Shown piece after piece: positions 32,230 through 32,549 of a DNA stretch of 32,549 nt. The first letter of the stretch is position 1. The number at the start of each line of letters is the position of its first letter. The position numbers and the translations under genes are program-made. The stretch comes from Octopus bimaculoides. Lineage: Eukaryota. The notes under the pieces were generated by a model. It was not told the DNA's origin. It saw only the letters and a program-made list of their open reading frames with translations, and ran no database searches. The stretch lies in NCBI RefSeq assembly GCF_001194135.2, contig NC_068983.1, positions 134,122,312 through 134,154,860 of the forward strand. Reading direction: 5' to 3'.

Positions 32230-32445
32230 TACTCTTTTACTCTTTTATTTGTTTCAGTCATTTGACTGCGGCCATGCTGGAGCACCGCCTTTATAGTCGA
32301 GCAAATCGACCCCAGAGTTTATTCTTTGTAAGCCTAGTACTTACTCTATCGGTTCTTTGACCGAACCGCTAAGTTACGGGGACGTAAACACACCACCATC
32401 GGTTGTCAAGCGATGCTGGAGGGACAAACAGACACACAAACATAT
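32230..32445 (-). mobile_element. SINE family B, 3' half, antisense; tail merges into (TA)n; head not seen in window
   Basis: Reverse complement of the B 3' half, including tactcttttactctttt and tttcagtcatttgactgcggccatgctggagcacc. Confidence 0.92.
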
Positions 32446-32549
32446 ACACACACATACACACATGTATACATAACAGGTGTATACTTGTATACATGAGAGA
32501 AAGTGCGTGCGTACGTGTGTTTTGTGTGTGTTTGAGTGTGTGTGTGTGT

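Noticed and set aside
1-32549. Long ORFs in the supplied track that contain X runs or dipeptide/tetrapeptide repeats (for example 9342-10439, 9563-10747, 11539-12056, 20622-21440, 21570-22307, 25564-26229, 27208-27768, 30858-31417)
   Set aside because: They are translations of microsatellites and N-gaps, which lack stop codons. They have no splice signals or domain motifs.

Overview
Eukaryotic, AT-rich, repeat-dominated sequence with ten N-gaps (about 2.8 kb, nearly all flanked by microsatellites, as expected of a short-read scaffold). The SINE families and the extreme microsatellite load look like an octopod cephalopod genome; this is from my recollection of Octopus repeats, not a search. 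Only one protein-coding exon is well supported (13885-14163, + strand, 279 nt, phase 2/2). It ends in a probable EF-hand entry (LFSLCDANR), so the window is probably mostly intron of one large gene. The rest is a dense mobile-element landscape. There are four tRNA-headed SINE families, labelled A-D here, which share modules. There is a 5'-truncated non-LTR retrotransposon with a CCHC finger and restriction-like endonuclease, flanked on both sides by (TACA)n, plus CR1/L2-type relics and a 127-bp Tc1/mariner-type MITE whose empty site is preserved in neighbouring tandem units. A ~1-kb element has ~195-bp imperfect TIRs, GG termini and an exact 8-bp TSD (Merlin- or Mutator-like). A cryptic, highly degenerate ~22-bp minisatellite of about 29 units lies at 15355-15990. 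I found no prokaryote-type system (operon, CRISPR, defence island). Almost all ORFs in the supplied track are artefacts of microsatellites, gaps or SINEs. The most novel-looking signals are the microsatellite-associated retroelements, a hairpin module shared between SINE families, the long-TIR element and the 22-bp array.
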